A stretch of 36,364 bases of DNA from an uncultured cyanobacterium. Lineage in GTDB: Bacteria; Cyanobacteriota; Cyanobacteriia; Cyanobacteriales; Microcystaceae. The DNA lies in NCBI GenBank assembly GCA_963807635.1, contig CAWEDJ010000077.1, positions 1-36,364 of the forward strand, given 5' to 3'. How positions within the stretch are numbered: the first letter of the stretch is position 1; every line of letters begins with the position of its first letter. Position numbers and translations under genes: made by a program. The notes beneath the pieces were generated by a model. The model made no database searches. It saw only the letters and a list, made by a program, of their open reading frames with translations, and was not told the origin of the DNA. Shown here piece after piece: positions 1-9,197 of this stretch.

Positions 1-1057
1 AATAGATTTGGGCCTGTTCTTGCTGTTGTTGATTGAGTTGCAGTTGTTCTAAAAGATTTGCAAACCGTTGGCACTGTTCCTGTAATAAATTGGCTGTGAT
101 CGCGTGGGTTTGATATTCCTGTTCGGATTGTCCTTGAGTCAGGGCTTGGTTGAGTAAGGGTTGAATGAGAGCCAGGGGCAGAAGTTGGGGAGCCAGTTTC
201 AGCAGTTCGGTTTGATAATGTTGCCATTGTTGACGATATTCTGCCAGGGTTTGGTGGAGTTGGGTTTGTTGGGCGGCGATTTTTCCCCCTTCGGTATAGA
301 AACGTTCCTGGGCTTGGCGTAGTTCTTCCTTAGCTCGGTCTAATTTAGGTTGTAAAGTAGCTTTTTGAGCATAGGTTTCGGTCTGCTGTTTTTGGGCCGC
401 CTTGACTTCAGCTTCCAAATCCTCTAGTTTTTGGCGTTGGTCATTTTCGGTGATCGCCTTACTTTTACGGGCAATCAAAATATCCAGATCTCGATTCAAG
501 GTATTAGCAAGTTCTAATCCCAACAAAGTCCGCATGGCTTGCACAATATCGGCGGTGGGTTCATCCTGTTCCGCTAATTCTTTGACCTGTTCTCCATCAA
601 AGAGGAATAAGCTAGAAATTCCCAGGGGTAAGAGTTTTTCGATGTATTCATCCCAGGTTTGGGTCAGGGCTTCATCTTTCCAAATACCATCCAGAATTTC
701 CAGGGTATCGCGATTATTTTTGGTATTGTCATCCCAACTGCGGCGAATGCGATATTGCTTGGGTTTCCCCTCAATGATTTCTTCAATGACGAGTTCAACA
801 CAGGACAATTCCGCTAAAGGGGTTTGACGGTTGCGACACTGCCAGAGAAAATCCCCATAGCTGAGACTTCCCCTGGTGGAACATTTTGCCCGTTGTCCAT
901 AGAGAGCCAGACGGATGGCATCCATTAGGGTGGTTTTTCCGCCGCCATTCATGCCGCCAAACAGAATAATGGGGCTTTCGGGTTGGGTTTGCAGATTAAT
1001 GATCTGTCGTTTATGGTAGGGGCCAAAGTTCTGTAGAGTCAGTTCAAGGAAGTGCAT
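1..1057 (-). CDS. dndD: DNA sulfur modification protein DndD (SMC-like ATPase), 5' part; runs off the left edge
   Basis: Not in the ORF track (no stop in the window). Manual translation from ATG at 1057 gives MHFLELTLQNFGPYHKRQIINL...ILFGGMNGGGKTTLMDAIRLALYG, with Walker A GMNGGGKT, later YLFDGEQV and then a coiled coil. Lies directly downstream of dndC. Confidence 0.9.
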   Translation of the reverse strand, partial: MHFLELTLQNFGPYHKRQIINLQTQPESPIILFGGMNGGGKTTLMDAIRLALYGQRAKCSTRGSLSYGDFLWQCRNRQTPLAELSCVELVIEEIIEGKPKQYRIRRSWDDNTKNNRDTLEILDGIWKDEALTQTWDEYIEKLLPLGISSLFLFDGEQVKELAEQDEPTADIVQAMRTLLGLELANTLNRDLDILIARKSKAITENDQRQKLEDLEAEVKAAQKQQTETYAQKATLQPKLDRAKEELRQAQERFYTEGGKIAAQQTQLHQTLAEYRQQWQHYQTELLKLAPQLLPLALIQPLLNQALTQGQSEQEYQTHAITANLLQEQCQRFANLLEQLQLNQQQQEQAQIY

Positions 1058-1091
1058 GAAAAATATTCGTCAATATCTAAAAATAGGAAAG

Positions 1092-2258
1092 TTAAGGGGT
1101 TTTGAATTTGATACTGGCCCAGGTGGGAGTGGGAAGAGGTTCTTCTTGTTTGTCTAGCAGTTTACGCATTTCGTCCACATCTCCTGTTTTGGCTTTTTCT
1201 CGGAAGTCCCGTTTGAAGTAGGCGTTGTCTAGTGCTTCTTGTTTGTCGCGGGAACTGGCATTAAAGCATTTTTCGAGGGCTTCATAGATGCCTTTGCGGT
1301 TGCCTTTGAGGTGATATTGCCGTTCGGTGTCCATCAGTTTGGCGAGGAGTTCTAGTTGCATGGGATCATCTCCACAGATTTCAGAGAGGAGTTCCCATTC
1401 GTCGATTCCCAGTAGGCTATGCTCCGCTCCTGGTCGGGGATCTTGAAAGGTTTCTCCTGTCACCTCTTGGTAGATACGGGGTAGGGCATCATCGAATTCG
1501 TGTTTTTCTTCGAGCCAGATGCGCCGAATTTCGCTGAGTTCGTAGGCACTAATGAGTTCTAGATCTTGGGCGTGATCGGGAGCATTTTGTCGAGCTTTTA
1601 TTTGGGCTTGGAGTAGTTGTCTGAGCAGTTCTTCTCGCCAGGGTTTGAGGTAGGGGCCAGGAATATTGGTGATTTCCGTGCCACCTTGTTCTCTGTTTTG
1701 TCGTTCAAAGAGTTGGACGTGGCCTGTGATGCGCCGAAAGTCTCGATTTTCTCGTTCTTTTTCCCGTTTGCTGTCACTCCGAAAGTCGAGTAAGTCCCGA
1801 AATTCTAGGAGGGGTTCCATCCAGGTTTTTTCTTGATCGTTGATGATCATGGCTTGCATGGATTTATCTTTATCGACGAGGGTACATACCCAGCAACCGA
1901 AACGGGAGTCTCCACAACTGGGGGTGGTGGTATCTACGACTAGGGGGCATTCGTTGTCAGCGGTGGCTCCTCGATAGAGTCTAAAGAGTTCGTCGTTGCT
2001 TTGGCCCCAAGGGTTTTCGGTTTCGTTGAGGTAGAGCCAGACTTCGTTGTTTTCCCAGTCTTCGATGGGGCTATAGATGAGGGAGTTGGGCAAGCTGGCG
2101 TTGGGACTGAGGCGATCGCGGATGCGGCCTTGTTGGTGTTTTTTCATGGTGGCGGCCCGTTTGGCACTTTCGGCTTTACGGGTTCCGAGGACTAAAATGG
2201 TTTCGCCGTTTTCTCGTACTTTGTCGCGGATGAAGTGGTTGGCAGGATGGATTTTTAA
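1092..2258 (-). pseudogene. dndC: DNA phosphorothioation protein DndC, 3' portion only (5'-truncated or interrupted)
   Basis: Motifs PIEDW, CPLVVDTTTPSCGDSRFGCWVCT and GPY. The frame stays open upstream of the listed ATG (2147) as LKIHPANHFIRDKVRENGETILVLGTRKAES up to 2258, then hits TGA (2259-2261). The N-terminal PP-loop (SGGKDS) and RWCT regions are absent from the window. Confidence 0.88.
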
Positions 2259-2321
2259 TCATTAATTTTAGGTTAATATAATAAAAAATCATCAACAATG
2301 TATTAATTATCAAAAAAAGCC

Positions 2322-3104
2322 GTGACAGAACAAGAAAATTGGTATTCTTCTGAAGAAAGAAAAACTTTTCTTAAAGAAAGGTATTTCACTGGTTCTCATA
2401 ATTATTTTTTTGAACTTAAAGAAGCAAAAAATGGCTCCAAATACATAGTTGTAGATCAGAGAAAAAAGGTTGGGGATCAATTTGTCAGTGCGAAAATGCG
2501 TATTTTTGAAGATGAGATGTTAGAGTTTGAGCGAATTTTACATAAATTCATCAACTCAGCCCTAAATAATAATAAAACTGAAGAATTTATTATTCAAGAA
2601 AGTAATAATAATTTAACATCATCAAATTCAGATTTAACTCCTGCTTTTTTTACTAAATTATCCTCTACTAATAATTGGAAAGATTTTGAAGAATACACTT
2701 ATTACATTTTAAAATTACTAGGCTTGCCAGTTATTTATAGTTTTCTAAATGAACGACAGGCAGGCAAAGCAGATGGTTTTTTCAAAATTGGTAATTTAGC
2801 TGTTATTTACGATTGTACATTAAATGCAAGAGACATCGAAAATCATAAAAATGAACAAATACATAATTACTGTAATAGATTACAGCAAGGAAATATTGAA
2901 TTATCAGGAAACATAACGGAAGAATTTTTTAACCACAATAAACAAGTTTGGATTATTACTCAAGGGATAACGAGACAAATTAAAGTTGTTAATTCAATTA
3001 AAGTTAAAGAAATTTCAATCGAAGATATTATGCTTCTCTACCAAGAAAGACTTATTAAATCCCTAAATGATCAATCTCTTGAATTAAAATTGCGGAATCT
3101 ATAA
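2322..3104 (+). CDS. Putative restriction-endonuclease-fold protein with an N-terminal DUF3276/PUR-like nucleic-acid-binding domain
   Basis: N-terminus GSHNYFFELKEAKNGSKYIVV resembles DUF3276/PUR repeats. C-terminus DFEE...LLG...GKADGFF...YDCT resembles an Mrr-like PD-(D/E)XK core. Very AT-rich. Confidence 0.55.
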   Translation: MTEQENWYSSEERKTFLKERYFTGSHNYFFELKEAKNGSKYIVVDQRKKVGDQFVSAKMRIFEDEMLEFERILHKFINSALNNNKTEEFIIQESNNNLTSSNSDLTPAFFTKLSSTNNWKDFEEYTYYILKLLGLPVIYSFLNERQAGKADGFFKIGNLAVIYDCTLNARDIENHKNEQIHNYCNRLQQGNIELSGNITEEFFNHNKQVWIITQGITRQIKVVNSIKVKEISIEDIMLLYQERLIKSLNDQSLELKLRNL

Positions 3105-3199
3105 AAATAGAGATTTAATCAAAGATTCACGTTATTTCATAAGTATCTTAAGCTAAATCTAGGTTGTGAAAATAATTCTTTTTCTTATAAATTGTGATT

Positions 3200-4198
3200 T
3201 TAAGCAAGTTGATCGAATAAAAGATTTTTTGGATTCTCTTTCTGAAAAATATTTTCAAAATGCCACTGTAAAGCGTCAAGTCTTGGATAATATAATTCCT
3301 GATTTGGCAAAATTATTTGTTCACCTTCAAAATTTATCATTGCTCGATTGTTAGGCGTTATTTCGTGTAAATCTTTGCTGACACTAATTCTATAATTTTC
3401 ATCAATAGCAAACCAACCCCGATCAAAAGCCCAGTGATGATTTTTACAAAGTGAAAGACCATTATCAAAGCGATCATCTCGAAATACTGAAAAAGGTTTA
3501 ATGTGAGAACCATCTACAATATTTTGACCAAGAGAATTAATGATTTTTAATCCACAAAATACACAATGATAGTTATAAGCGGAGACAATGGCTTCTCTAA
3601 ATGCAACATCACGAACAATCCTCTTATCCTCATTTTTTAACTCTTTTTTTGTATAAATTTTTCCGCCTGATTCCTTAAGCTCATTCTGGAATTCTTGAAA
3701 CGCATCAATATGAAAGAGTTTGTTGATCTGTTCTTTTTTGTGAGAAAACCAAGTTTCTATTAAAGTATTAATTAAAACTGATCGAGAAACCGAATCTTGC
3801 AACAACAAAAATAATTCATCGTCTAAAAATGCATACAAAATAAAAGTTTGCAGAGATTTAAAACTTTTGGGTTTAAACTCTGAAATAACTTTTTCTAATC
3901 CTGATTTAACCTTAAGATGCCAAAATGCGTCACTTTTATTTTTATTTTTACCTTTTAAGTAAAAAAATGGCAAATAACTAGAATCTTTATGTTTATCTGA
4001 GCCTAAATAACTCCAATATTTTGAAAAAGTTGCAATTAAACTAGCTGATGGATAAATTTGATTGACTGTAATTTTTCTTTGTTCAAATTGTTCAATAACC
4101 GATAAAAGCATGATTGGCTGGTGTGGAGCAATCCCCCGTGATGTATCGATATTTAAACTCGAAAATTTTTGACAATAGTATTTTAGGTCTTTAGGCAC
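3200..4198 (-). CDS. HNH restriction endonuclease with N-terminal sulfur-binding-domain (SBD)-like region (COG3440-type)
   Basis: N-terminal APHQPIMLL, YLPFFYL, FWHL and YAFLDDELF motifs. C-terminal RDVAFR..I..AYNYHCVFCG, SHIKPFS and NGLSLCKNHHWAFDRG form a zinc-binding HNH domain. Confidence 0.8.
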   Translation of the reverse strand: MPKDLKYYCQKFSSLNIDTSRGIAPHQPIMLLSVIEQFEQRKITVNQIYPSASLIATFSKYWSYLGSDKHKDSSYLPFFYLKGKNKNKSDAFWHLKVKSGLEKVISEFKPKSFKSLQTFILYAFLDDELFLLLQDSVSRSVLINTLIETWFSHKKEQINKLFHIDAFQEFQNELKESGGKIYTKKELKNEDKRIVRDVAFREAIVSAYNYHCVFCGLKIINSLGQNIVDGSHIKPFSVFRDDRFDNGLSLCKNHHWAFDRGWFAIDENYRISVSKDLHEITPNNRAMINFEGEQIILPNQELYYPRLDALQWHFENIFQKENPKNLLFDQLA

Positions 4199-4318
4199 AA
4201 TATTTTTTAATGTAATCTAGAAGCCATTGGAATAATAACTTAATTGATTTAAGATTGCAATTAAAAAATAATGAATTGAGAAAATCAAAATTAGTTTTTT
4301 ATGCAAAAAGCGAAATTA

Positions 4319-4422
4319 GCGATCGCCAAAAACCCAAAACCCTAACTAAAAGCGATCGCCTTCTCCTAGATTGAAAAACGCGATCACCCAAAATCCAAAA
4401 CCCTAACTAAAAGCGATCGCCT
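4319..4422. repeat. HIP1-containing direct repeat (28 bp identical, 61-bp period)
   Basis: CCAAAACCCTAACTAAAAGCGATCGCCT at 4334-4361 and 4395-4422. Confidence 0.85.
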
Positions 4423-4507
4423 CTACCCAGCCACCGACATTCGTGGTATTCCTTAGCGGTAAACCTAACCATTGGCATTCCTTGTTTAAGCATGATGCGA
4501 TCGCCCT

Positions 4508-4537
4508 TTGATAAACTTCATATTCAATAGGTATAAT
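4508..4537 (+). promoter_or_regulatory. Sigma70-type promoter for brnTA
   Basis: TTGATA (4508-4513), 18-nt spacer, TATAAT (4532-4537), 17 nt before the ATG at 4555. Confidence 0.55.
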
Positions 4538-4554
4538 TTATATGGCGAAATCCT

Positions 4555-4833
4555 ATGAGTGCCACGTTTGACTGGGATAGTCAAAGAGAAGCAGACAACA
4601 AAGCAAAACATGGTGTGGACTTCCAGACAGCCCAATACGCCTTCTTTGATCCCCATCGTTTGATTGTCCATGATGCAAAACACAGTGAAGTTGAAGAACG
4701 TTGGTTTTGTATAGGCAAAGTCAAAGATAGGATTTTAACCGTCCGCTTTACCTATCGTGGCAACGTAATTCGTATATTTGGAGCCGCCGAATGGCGTAAA
4801 ACTCGAAAACTTTATGAAAAACATAACTCCTGA
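4555..4833 (+). CDS. brnT: BrnT family ribonuclease toxin
   Basis: FDWD...N.AKHGVDF..A...F.DP, HSEVEERWFCIG, LTVRFTYRG..IRIFGA pattern; 92 aa. Confidence 0.88.
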   Translation: MSATFDWDSQREADNKAKHGVDFQTAQYAFFDPHRLIVHDAKHSEVEERWFCIGKVKDRILTVRFTYRGNVIRIFGAAEWRKTRKLYEKHNS

Positions 4834-5047
4834 TCCCGCAGAAACCATTGGCAACATCACTATCGTCAAAGATTTTTTGCCATCCCCAGAGCAATTAGTC
4901 CCCAGAAAAACGACAGTACGGATAACAATGGAATTTACCCAAGAGAGTATTGAATTTTTTAAACGTGAGGCAAAAAATCACAATGCCTCTTATCAAGCAA
5001 TGATTCGTAATTTAGTAGATACTTACGCCAAACAACAACAGCAATAA
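4814..5047 (+). CDS. BrnA/CopG-like antitoxin
   Basis: Overlaps the brnT end; likely ATG at 4814. DFLPSPEQL...TVRITM...IEFFKREA...YQAMIRNLVD is a ribbon-helix-helix antitoxin pattern. Confidence 0.8.
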   Translation: MKNITPDPAETIGNITIVKDFLPSPEQLVPRKTTVRITMEFTQESIEFFKREAKNHNASYQAMIRNLVDTYAKQQQQ

Positions 5048-5201
5048 ATCTCAAAAGGATTAAGTCTCAAAATGCGATCGCCTACTTATCCCATCAAAAA
5101 CGCGATCGCCCAAAATCCAAAGCGATCGCCAAGAGATTCTGCTTGTTCATCTGATATCCTGTTTCATGCCACGTTTTAAAAATATTCTTTCATAAAAATT
5201 C

Positions 5202-7067
5202 TCAAAGCCACCAATTATTGACAATATCCTTAGTGATGTCATATTCAGAAAGAATTTGATTAGCATATTCATCACCCATCTCCTTAGAATGTCCAATCAA
5301 AGCCCCAAAAGCATCTGCTAAATGAGCCTTGCCTAAAAGACGAAGATGCTTCTCAGCAATATGTCGAAAAGCATGAGGATTAACCCATTTAGCCTCTCCA
5401 AATAAAGCATGGGTAGCGATCGCTGTAGCTCGACGAACAGTTTGCCAGAAAATAGAGACTTCGAGCGGTTGTCCAAAAGCGATCGCATCTTTTTTACCAA
5501 AGGAGAAAAATACCCGATCATTAGTTTTCAATTTTTCTTTAGCCACTGGCCAAACATCAAGACGATATTGTACCCCTGCTAAACGTTTTTCTTTTTCTTG
5601 AAGATAAGCCTCACGGGTTATAGTTAATTTCGGATTCAAAATTCCATTTTTAGCTTTTTCAATTTTATTTTGATATTGCTCAATGATGTTAGGAGAATAT
5701 CCCCAAAAATCCATCCATCCTTCTGGGGTTTGAACCAAATCAACCACTAATTTACGCCAATTAAACAGCCAAGCATCTAGATCTTCTGTCAAGATAGAAG
5801 GTAGAGGATAATGGCGAATCATACCTGTTTTATCACGTTTATGCTTATCTAATCTAACAACATAATAAGGATTACCATTATCATCAACATATCGAAATAA
5901 AGAATCATTAAAAACCCAATTCTTAATTTCTTCTTCCCGAATAGGGCAATAGACTAGAATTTTAACTAATAAATAGGTTTGCCAAGCCCTAACGATAGCC
6001 GATAGCTCACGAGCATGTGTACCATCGTATTCTTTTGCTCCACGTTTTAGTTTTTTTGAACTGCGTTCTGCACAAAGTGTTCTGAGATAATCTACTACCT
6101 TTCGGGCATCTTCATGGCTTAACTCTTTTGCAGCCCACTTTTGAGGATCAAGAATTTTTCTCTCTGCTTGATAGTCCTCTTTGTATTCACTATTAATACC
6201 TTTTAAATTAAGGATGAGTGGAATATCTGACCAATTTCTACGATTCGTTTTATTATAATTAAGCCATTTAGCAATTGAAATAGCAACTTCTGTCATTTTA
6301 ACGCTTGTAGAGTTAGTAACTTCTCGATTATCTATTACCCAATCAATAAAATTATCTAATAGATTAATATGGGTTAATAGTTCTAAATGCAATTCTGAAT
6401 CAGGAAAATTCTGGTTATACCAACCCAAAAAATAAAGTATGTTCACTTCTTCTTTTTGAATCGTAGAAGGCTTAACAGGATCTAATTTAGGACGACGAAC
6501 CATCCCTCTTTCTTCTCCGTTTTTAGATTGATTAATATTACGAGAAATTCCACGTCCTCCTGTTAAACGAAATTCTTGAAATTCTGCTAACTCTTTTTTT
6601 AAATAGTCAGGTAAATTGTTTTTATCCAGACTACGCCGAACTAAAGGCCCCCTTTTCTTTTTAGGCATAGCGGTTAGTTTTTCTCTTCTAGGAACGACCT
6701 TAACGATTGTTGAGGTAAATAAACCTTGCCACCAGGGTTGTTGCTCTAGCCAATCAAAAAATTGTCTTAAAGCAGCGCGATAATTTTTGCCCGTACTTTG
6801 AGCCGTTTGACCTTGTTCAACAGCGATCGCAAATTGAGCATCGAAAATAGCCAGACCATCTTTTAGCTTATCTATGGTGAAAGAGTCAGCATAAGTGGAA
6901 AATTCAGATTTTTCCAACTCCTTGGCTTTGGGATCAATTTTCGGTAAGACATATAACCTTAAAGCAATCTCTAGATATTTCTCTTGGTTCGGATTACTCT
7001 TGGCTCTCTGGGGAGACTCACTCCAAAGGTGAAGAACAAATTTTAGGGTGTATTTTTTTGAAAGCAT
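5202..7067 (-). CDS. Large tyrosine recombinase/integrase-family protein (paralog 1)
   Basis: Catalytic set R (CPIREEEI), K (KHKR), HxxR (HAFRH), H (IGHS) and Y (DEYA). N-terminal SAM-like helix NYRAALRQFFDWL. Confidence 0.8.
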   Translation of the reverse strand: MLSKKYTLKFVLHLWSESPQRAKSNPNQEKYLEIALRLYVLPKIDPKAKELEKSEFSTYADSFTIDKLKDGLAIFDAQFAIAVEQGQTAQSTGKNYRAALRQFFDWLEQQPWWQGLFTSTIVKVVPRREKLTAMPKKKRGPLVRRSLDKNNLPDYLKKELAEFQEFRLTGGRGISRNINQSKNGEERGMVRRPKLDPVKPSTIQKEEVNILYFLGWYNQNFPDSELHLELLTHINLLDNFIDWVIDNREVTNSTSVKMTEVAISIAKWLNYNKTNRRNWSDIPLILNLKGINSEYKEDYQAERKILDPQKWAAKELSHEDARKVVDYLRTLCAERSSKKLKRGAKEYDGTHARELSAIVRAWQTYLLVKILVYCPIREEEIKNWVFNDSLFRYVDDNGNPYYVVRLDKHKRDKTGMIRHYPLPSILTEDLDAWLFNWRKLVVDLVQTPEGWMDFWGYSPNIIEQYQNKIEKAKNGILNPKLTITREAYLQEKEKRLAGVQYRLDVWPVAKEKLKTNDRVFFSFGKKDAIAFGQPLEVSIFWQTVRRATAIATHALFGEAKWVNPHAFRHIAEKHLRLLGKAHLADAFGALIGHSKEMGDEYANQILSEYDITKDIVNNWWL

Positions 7068-7209
7068 GATACTACTTTATTAAACGGACTCTTCCATAGT
7101 ACACTTTTTACATATTTTTAACCATAATACGAGCGATGTAATTAGTAATGCAAGGTTTAAAATTTTGTGTTAAACTCTTATTTATAAAGAGTTATAGCAA
7201 TTTTATCTT

Positions 7210-7246
7210 AGTACGCTTTCACACATTTTCTGGGTGAATGCGTACT
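7210..7246. promoter_or_regulatory. 13-bp inverted repeat between the divergent recombinase genes (candidate operator or recombination site)
   Basis: AGTACGCTTTCAC-N11-GTGAATGCGTACT (1 mismatch). A second palindrome AACTCTT-N7-AAGAGTT lies at about 7173-7193. Confidence 0.5.
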
Positions 7247-7278
7247 CGTCTTAACTTAGTAAAATTAGCAGTAAATTT

Positions 7279-9135
7279 ATGAGTTCTTATACCCTCGATT
7301 ATGCGTTCAAAGCCTGGGCAAAAGTACACCCAGTAGAAAAACTAGCTGTGGATTTTGAGAGGAAGCTGAGTATGGCTCTCCGATTTTATGTGATTCCTGA
7401 GCTTGATTCAGCAGCACCGAAACTCAAACCGAAACAATTAGATCAATATGCTCAGTTATTAGATCTGGAAAAGTTGAAGCGTGCTGTGGCAATATTTGAT
7501 CGTCGTACCGAGATAGCAGTGGCTGATGGAAAACTTTCACCCAGGACAAGGGCCAACTATCGTTCTGTTTTAGTACAATTTGTCAATTGGATGGAAGAGC
7601 AGGTTTGGTGGCGAGAATTGTCCTTTGATCTAAAAACAGATGTGGCTCCCTTTCGGGTTAAATTAGACGAAAAATTGACTCAAAAACAACCTCCTTCCTA
7701 TGGTTTAAAGCGGAATGAAGTCTCTGAGACCCTAGACCAGGAGCTTAAGGATTTTCTGCAATTTCGAGCATTAGGTGATAAAAATTTGCGGAAGTCCAGA
7801 CGGGAACAAAGACGGGCGCAGGGAAATGAAAGAGGAAGTCGTCCGAAACTCGATATGGCTAAACCCTCTACCTTGAAAAAAGAAGAAGAAACAATTCTCC
7901 GTTTTTTAGGTTGGTATCGCTCTTACTATCCTGAAAATGAAAATGATTTATCCATCAATGTATTAACGGATATTCAGACTTTAGATGATTTTACCTATTG
8001 GGCAGTAACCCATCGCGGAGTCAGTTATTCGACTGGTTTGCACGCGGTTGCAACGGGTATTGCGATCGCTAAATGGACTAATTATGCTCAATGCAATCGT
8101 CGTAATTGGTCAGATATTCCCTTGATTTTGGATTTGCAAGATCTGCAAAATGAATATTCAGAGATTTATAAACAGGAAAAACAAAAGAAGCAGTCTGCAA
8201 AATGGGCTAAAAAAGAATTAAGTCATGAGGATGCTCGAAAAGTTGTTCAATATTTACACCTACTATGCGCTCCAGGCTATGGAAAGCATGATCCCGATAC
8301 AGGAGAATTTCTTAAACATGGAAATCGACCTGATTCGGCTATTGTTCGGGCTTGGCAAGTCTATATCATTACTAAGTTTTTAGTGTATTGCCCTGTCAGA
8401 CAGGAAGAGATTCGTCAGTTGGAATTAGGAAAAACGCTATTTCGACATCTGGATAAGGAGAGTAATCCCTATTATATTGTCCGAATCAAAGAACATAAAC
8501 GGTCTCATTTAGGAAAAGATCGTCATTATCAACTTCCTAATTTTTTGACGGCGGATTTAGATCTATGGATCTATAAATGGCGACCTTTGATGGCAAAATC
8601 TGTCCAGACCTTAGAAGGATGGATGAATTTTTGGGGTCGTCCTTTTGATAAAGTTGAGCGCATGGAAGAACGTTTGCAAGCTGCTAGGCAGGGTATTGTC
8701 AGTGACAAAGTTAAGCAATCCGTAGAAGATTATATCCAACAAGAGGAAATTCGCCTCCAAGGGGCTTTAAATCGCCATGATGCTTGGGAAGAGGCGAAAA
8801 ATAACTTAAATAGTCATAATTATCTATTTTTTATGATGGCAAAGGGAGAAGCCGTCAGTTTTGGTCAACCTCATACTGTTACTAGTGTTTGGACAATTGT
8901 TAAGCAGGCGATCGCCCAGGCGACCACCGCACTCTTTGAGGAGACTAAATGGACAAATCCCCATGCGCTCCGACATATCGCTGAAAAGCATATTCGACTT
9001 CTCAATAAGTCAGATGCCCTGGAATCCTTTGGGACACTAATTGGACACTCGAAAGAAATGGGGGATGAATATGCCGCTCAGATTACTACTGATTATGAAT
9101 TATCTCAAAAAGTTGTTGATGACTGGTGGCTGTAA
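7279..9135 (+). CDS. Large tyrosine recombinase/integrase-family protein (paralog 2)
   Basis: CPVRQEEI, EHKR, HALRH, IGHS and DEYA. Aligns along its length with 5202..7067 (shared NRRNWSDIPLIL, KELSHEDARKVV, C-terminal WWL). Confidence 0.8.
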   Translation: MSSYTLDYAFKAWAKVHPVEKLAVDFERKLSMALRFYVIPELDSAAPKLKPKQLDQYAQLLDLEKLKRAVAIFDRRTEIAVADGKLSPRTRANYRSVLVQFVNWMEEQVWWRELSFDLKTDVAPFRVKLDEKLTQKQPPSYGLKRNEVSETLDQELKDFLQFRALGDKNLRKSRREQRRAQGNERGSRPKLDMAKPSTLKKEEETILRFLGWYRSYYPENENDLSINVLTDIQTLDDFTYWAVTHRGVSYSTGLHAVATGIAIAKWTNYAQCNRRNWSDIPLILDLQDLQNEYSEIYKQEKQKKQSAKWAKKELSHEDARKVVQYLHLLCAPGYGKHDPDTGEFLKHGNRPDSAIVRAWQVYIITKFLVYCPVRQEEIRQLELGKTLFRHLDKESNPYYIVRIKEHKRSHLGKDRHYQLPNFLTADLDLWIYKWRPLMAKSVQTLEGWMNFWGRPFDKVERMEERLQAARQGIVSDKVKQSVEDYIQQEEIRLQGALNRHDAWEEAKNNLNSHNYLFFMMAKGEAVSFGQPHTVTSVWTIVKQAIAQATTALFEETKWTNPHALRHIAEKHIRLLNKSDALESFGTLIGHSKEMGDEYAAQITTDYELSQKVVDDWWL

Positions 9136-9159
9136 TTATCTGTGAAAAATATTTTAACT

Positions 9160-9191
9160 ATAGTGCAATAGTAGAATAGTGCAATAGTGCT
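9160..9191. repeat. 8-bp tandem repeats x4, candidate parS/centromere
   Basis: ATAGTGCA ATAGTAGA ATAGTGCA ATAGTGCT immediately downstream of the par operon. Confidence 0.65.
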
Positions 9192-9197
9192 AAAGAA

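Noticed and set aside
402..827. 141-aa + strand ORF
   Set aside because: Antisense shadow of dndD with no recognisable motifs.
2251..2278. dif/pdif site at the dndC junction
   Set aside because: Only TTAGGTTAAT loosely resembles a XerD arm; no convincing XerC arm.
3542..3552. GATTTTTAATC matching the dndC junction as a second att site
   Set aside because: 11-bp AT-rich match inside an intact gene, with no dndC 5' sequence next to it; likely chance.
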